Source of the DNA: Candidatus Spongiisociaceae bacterium
Lineage (GTDB): Bacteria; Actinomycetota; Acidimicrobiia; Spongiisociales; Spongiisociaceae
Direction of reading: 5' to 3'
Length of the DNA: 64,000 nt
Assembly (NCBI GenBank): GCA_965219685.1
Contig: CBDCOH010000002.1
Span: forward strand, 2,624,001-2,688,000
Shown: in pieces, positions 57,548-64,000 of the stretch
How positions within the stretch are numbered: the stretch's first letter is position 1
Layout: every line of letters begins with the position of its first letter
The notes under the pieces: model-generated
What the model was told of the DNA's origin: nothing
Database searches by the model: none
What the model saw: only the letters and a program-made list of their open reading frames with translations
Translations under genes and position numbers: made by a program

Positions 57548-58531
57548 ATGGACCAGTTGAAGCGAGTGGACCGGCGCGAGCGGGAGGGACGGGAGCGATG
57601 GGACCTCTCTCCGGCTGCCACCAGATCCGCCGGCTCCAAGGGGCGGGAAGAAGCGGAGGAACCGGATCCCCTTCGGACTGCTTTCGAACGGGACCGGGAC
57701 CGGATAGTGCATTGCAACGCCATCCGCCGCTTGGCGCGCAAGACCCAGGTGTTCGTCGACCCGGAGAACGACCACTTCGTGACCCGGCTGACCCACACGC
57801 TCCAGGTGGCCCAGATCGGGCGGGCGATGGCGGTCGCGCTCGGTCTCAACGAAGCGCTTACCGAGGCGATCTGCCTCGGACACGACATAGGTCATGCACC
57901 CTTCGGCCACACGGGGGAGGACGCCCTGGCGGAGATCGTCGAGGGCGGCTGGGTCCACTCTGACCACTCCGTCCGGATTCTGTCGGTCCTCGAGCCCTTG
58001 AACCTCACCTGGGAGGTGCGCGACGGCATCCGGGCCCATCCCTGGCGGGTCGAGCCCCCTCCCGCGACCCCGGAGGGATACCTGTGCCGGTTCGCGGACC
58101 GCATCGCGTACCTGAGCCACGACCTGATCGATGCCATGCGGGCGGACATCATCCGGTACCGGGATCTACCCTTCCGCTCCCAAGCGCTGCTCGGAGACCG
58201 GCACGGTCGCTGGGTCACCGCCATGGTCCACGCGGTGGTCGAACGGTCGGCGACAACCGGCACCGTTTCCATGGATCCGGACGTCGCTGAGGCCATGGCG
58301 GAGTTACGAGCGTTCATGTTCGAGCGGGTCTACCTTCGCTCGGAGGGCAGTGCGCACCGCCACCGCGCCATCAAGATCGTGCAGGACCTGGTGCGTCACT
58401 ACGAGACCCACCCGTCCGAGGTCCCCTCCACGGTTCCGGACGGACGCACCGCCCTGGAGCAGGCGGTCGACTACGTGGCGGGCATGACCGACCGCTTCGC
58501 CCTCCGCGCTCACTCGGAACGGTGCGGGTAG
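57548..58531 (+). CDS. dgt: dGTP triphosphohydrolase-like HD protein
   Basis: RTAFERDRDRI, KTQVF, RLTH, GHDIGHAPFGH, DYVAGMTD. Confidence 0.9.
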   Translation: MDQLKRVDRREREGRERWDLSPAATRSAGSKGREEAEEPDPLRTAFERDRDRIVHCNAIRRLARKTQVFVDPENDHFVTRLTHTLQVAQIGRAMAVALGLNEALTEAICLGHDIGHAPFGHTGEDALAEIVEGGWVHSDHSVRILSVLEPLNLTWEVRDGIRAHPWRVEPPPATPEGYLCRFADRIAYLSHDLIDAMRADIIRYRDLPFRSQALLGDRHGRWVTAMVHAVVERSATTGTVSMDPDVAEAMAELRAFMFERVYLRSEGSAHRHRAIKIVQDLVRHYETHPSEVPSTVPDGRTALEQAVDYVAGMTDRFALRAHSERCG

Positions 58532-58646
58532 GGACCATTGGGCCTAACAGCGCCACCGATACCGATGAGTACCCTCCGCCCTTGACCATGAACCGGACAC
58601 GCGGCCCTGCTCCGGTGCGCCGATCCGACCCGCAGGAGGAGAGAGA

Positions 58647-59774
58647 ATGCTTGTCCCGGTGATCCTGGCCGGAGGCTCGGGAACCCGCCTGTGGCCGGCG
58701 TCGCGTCGCGAGTATCCCAAGCCCCTCCTCCGGCTGACCGGCAAGCGATCTCTGCTTCAGGAAACGGTACTCCGGGCGGCGGCGATCCCGGGTGCCAGCC
58801 CCCCGGTGATCGTGTGCGGCACTGCCCACTACCCGCCCGTCACCGACCAACTCGACGAGATCGGACGGAGCATCCACACAGCCATCCTGGAACCGGCCGG
58901 TCGCAGCACAGCGCCGGCCGCGGCCGCGGCCGCGCTGGTCGCCGACGAGGACGACATCCTGTTCGTGATGCCGGCCGACCACTTGATCGACGGTATGGAC
59001 GCCTTCCTCGGAGCCGTGCGCACGGCAGGCGACGCCGCCGGGGCCGGGTGGCTGGTGACCTTCGGGGTAACCCCCGACCGGCCCGAGACGGGCTACGGCT
59101 ACATCGAACGGGGAGAGGCGATCGAGAAACACCCCCGCGCGTTCCGGATCGCCTCCTTCCGTGAGAAACCTGACCTGGCCACGGCCCGGCGCTACATCGA
59201 CGGCGGCCGTCACTGGTGGAACAGCGGGATGTTCGTGTTCCGGGCCGGCGCCTACCTCGACGAGCTCCGGAACTCCAACCCCGACATGGTCCGCCTCGCA
59301 GATGCTTCGCTGGCGGGTTCCACGGAGCACTTGGGCTCGTTGGTCGAGCAGGGTGTGTACCGGTTGGACCCGGCTACGTTCGCTTCCTGCCCGGCCGACT
59401 CGATCGATCGTGCCGTCATGGAGCGGACCCGGCGTGGCGCCGTGGTCCCTCTCAGGGCCGACTGGAACGATGTGGGTTCATGGGCGGCTCTCTGGGACAT
59501 CGCAACCAAGGACGGATCCGGCAATGCGGTAACGGGTCCCGGCCACTTGCAGAACGTGTCGTCCAGCTACGTAGCGGCCGGTGACCGTCCCGTGGTGGTG
59601 ATCGGTCTCGAGAACGTGGTCGTGGTCGACGCCGGCGAGGCGGTACTGGTGGCCGGCCTGGACCACGCCCAGCAGGTCAAGCCCCCGCCGGAAGCGAACC
59701 AGACTGGTCCAGTCGGCCCTGTGTCGGCTGAACTCCGGCCGAGCCGAGACCCTCAACCGGATGGTCCGGCTTGA
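58647..59774 (+). CDS. manC: Mannose-1-phosphate guanylyltransferase
   Basis: ILAGGSGTRLWP.SR, PETGYGYI, F.EKP, WNSGMF, WNDVGSW. Confidence 0.92.
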   Translation: MLVPVILAGGSGTRLWPASRREYPKPLLRLTGKRSLLQETVLRAAAIPGASPPVIVCGTAHYPPVTDQLDEIGRSIHTAILEPAGRSTAPAAAAAALVADEDDILFVMPADHLIDGMDAFLGAVRTAGDAAGAGWLVTFGVTPDRPETGYGYIERGEAIEKHPRAFRIASFREKPDLATARRYIDGGRHWWNSGMFVFRAGAYLDELRNSNPDMVRLADASLAGSTEHLGSLVEQGVYRLDPATFASCPADSIDRAVMERTRRGAVVPLRADWNDVGSWAALWDIATKDGSGNAVTGPGHLQNVSSSYVAAGDRPVVVIGLENVVVVDAGEAVLVAGLDHAQQVKPPPEANQTGPVGPVSAELRPSRDPQPDGPA

Positions 59775-59800
59775 TGATTAGTTCCTAGTCGGCAACCGGT

Positions 59801-63811
<4,011 letters not shown>

Positions 63812-63815
63812 TATT

Positions 63816-64000
63816 TCAACCTTCTTCCCTGCGCTCGGGGCGCGACAGATCTATTCCGAGTGACTCCGCCGTGCGATAGAGGTCCTCGTCCAGATCCCTG
63901 AACTGGATCTCCTCACCCGCCGACAGCAACTCGACGTTGAGACACAGACTCTGCATCTCCTTTATGAGCACTTTGAAAGACTCCGGGACACCGGGCTCGG
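63816..64000 (-). CDS. rpoB: RNA polymerase beta subunit (3' end only)
   Basis: Own translation [23 protein letters not shown]...LGIDLSR, TGA at 63818-63816. Confidence 0.96.
   Translation of the reverse strand, partial: EPGVPESFKVLIKEMQSLCLNVELLSAGEEIQFRDLDEDLYRTAESLGIDLSRPERREEG

Overview
GC-rich bacterial chromosome segment, almost certainly Actinomycetota (WhiB, hspR-dnaJ-grpE-dnaK, type II glutamine synthetase, actinobacterial RpoC, many apparently leaderless genes). Acidimicrobiia is likely, by inference from Thr-rich secreted proteins and overall gene content. Most of it is housekeeping: selAB, mrp, an IscA/ErpA-type carrier, ridA, glnII, glcDEF, argS, murA, tRNA-Phe, tRNA-Asp, purA, ppk1, dxs, a general amino-acid ABC transporter, menB, the dnaK operon, metXY, dnaX-recR, manC, rpoC and the end of rpoB. 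Hidden by the ORF track are two split ORFs that join through in-frame UGA codons followed by SECIS-like hairpins, giving a GrdB/PrdB-like UPVC selenoprotein and a ResA/TlpA-like UGC selenoprotein. Other notable observations: a ~167-nt rod-shaped 6S-like RNA candidate; an RpoC lacking all four Cys of its second Zn site; a 4 x 23-bp iteron-like array upstream of an AAA+/DUF4143 nuclease-ATPase gene whose stop codon overlaps a MazF/PemK remnant; a TTG-N5-CAA operator array shared by a PadR-NfeD-SPFH operon and a distant ABC exporter; a HEPN toxin whose catalytic motif lies behind a -1 frameshift; a recent 483-bp-period in-frame duplication inside an ABC permease; and a family of heptamer microsatellites that begin at stop codons. 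No CRISPR array, rRNA, transposase or integrase was seen. All calls were made by eye; no searches were run.
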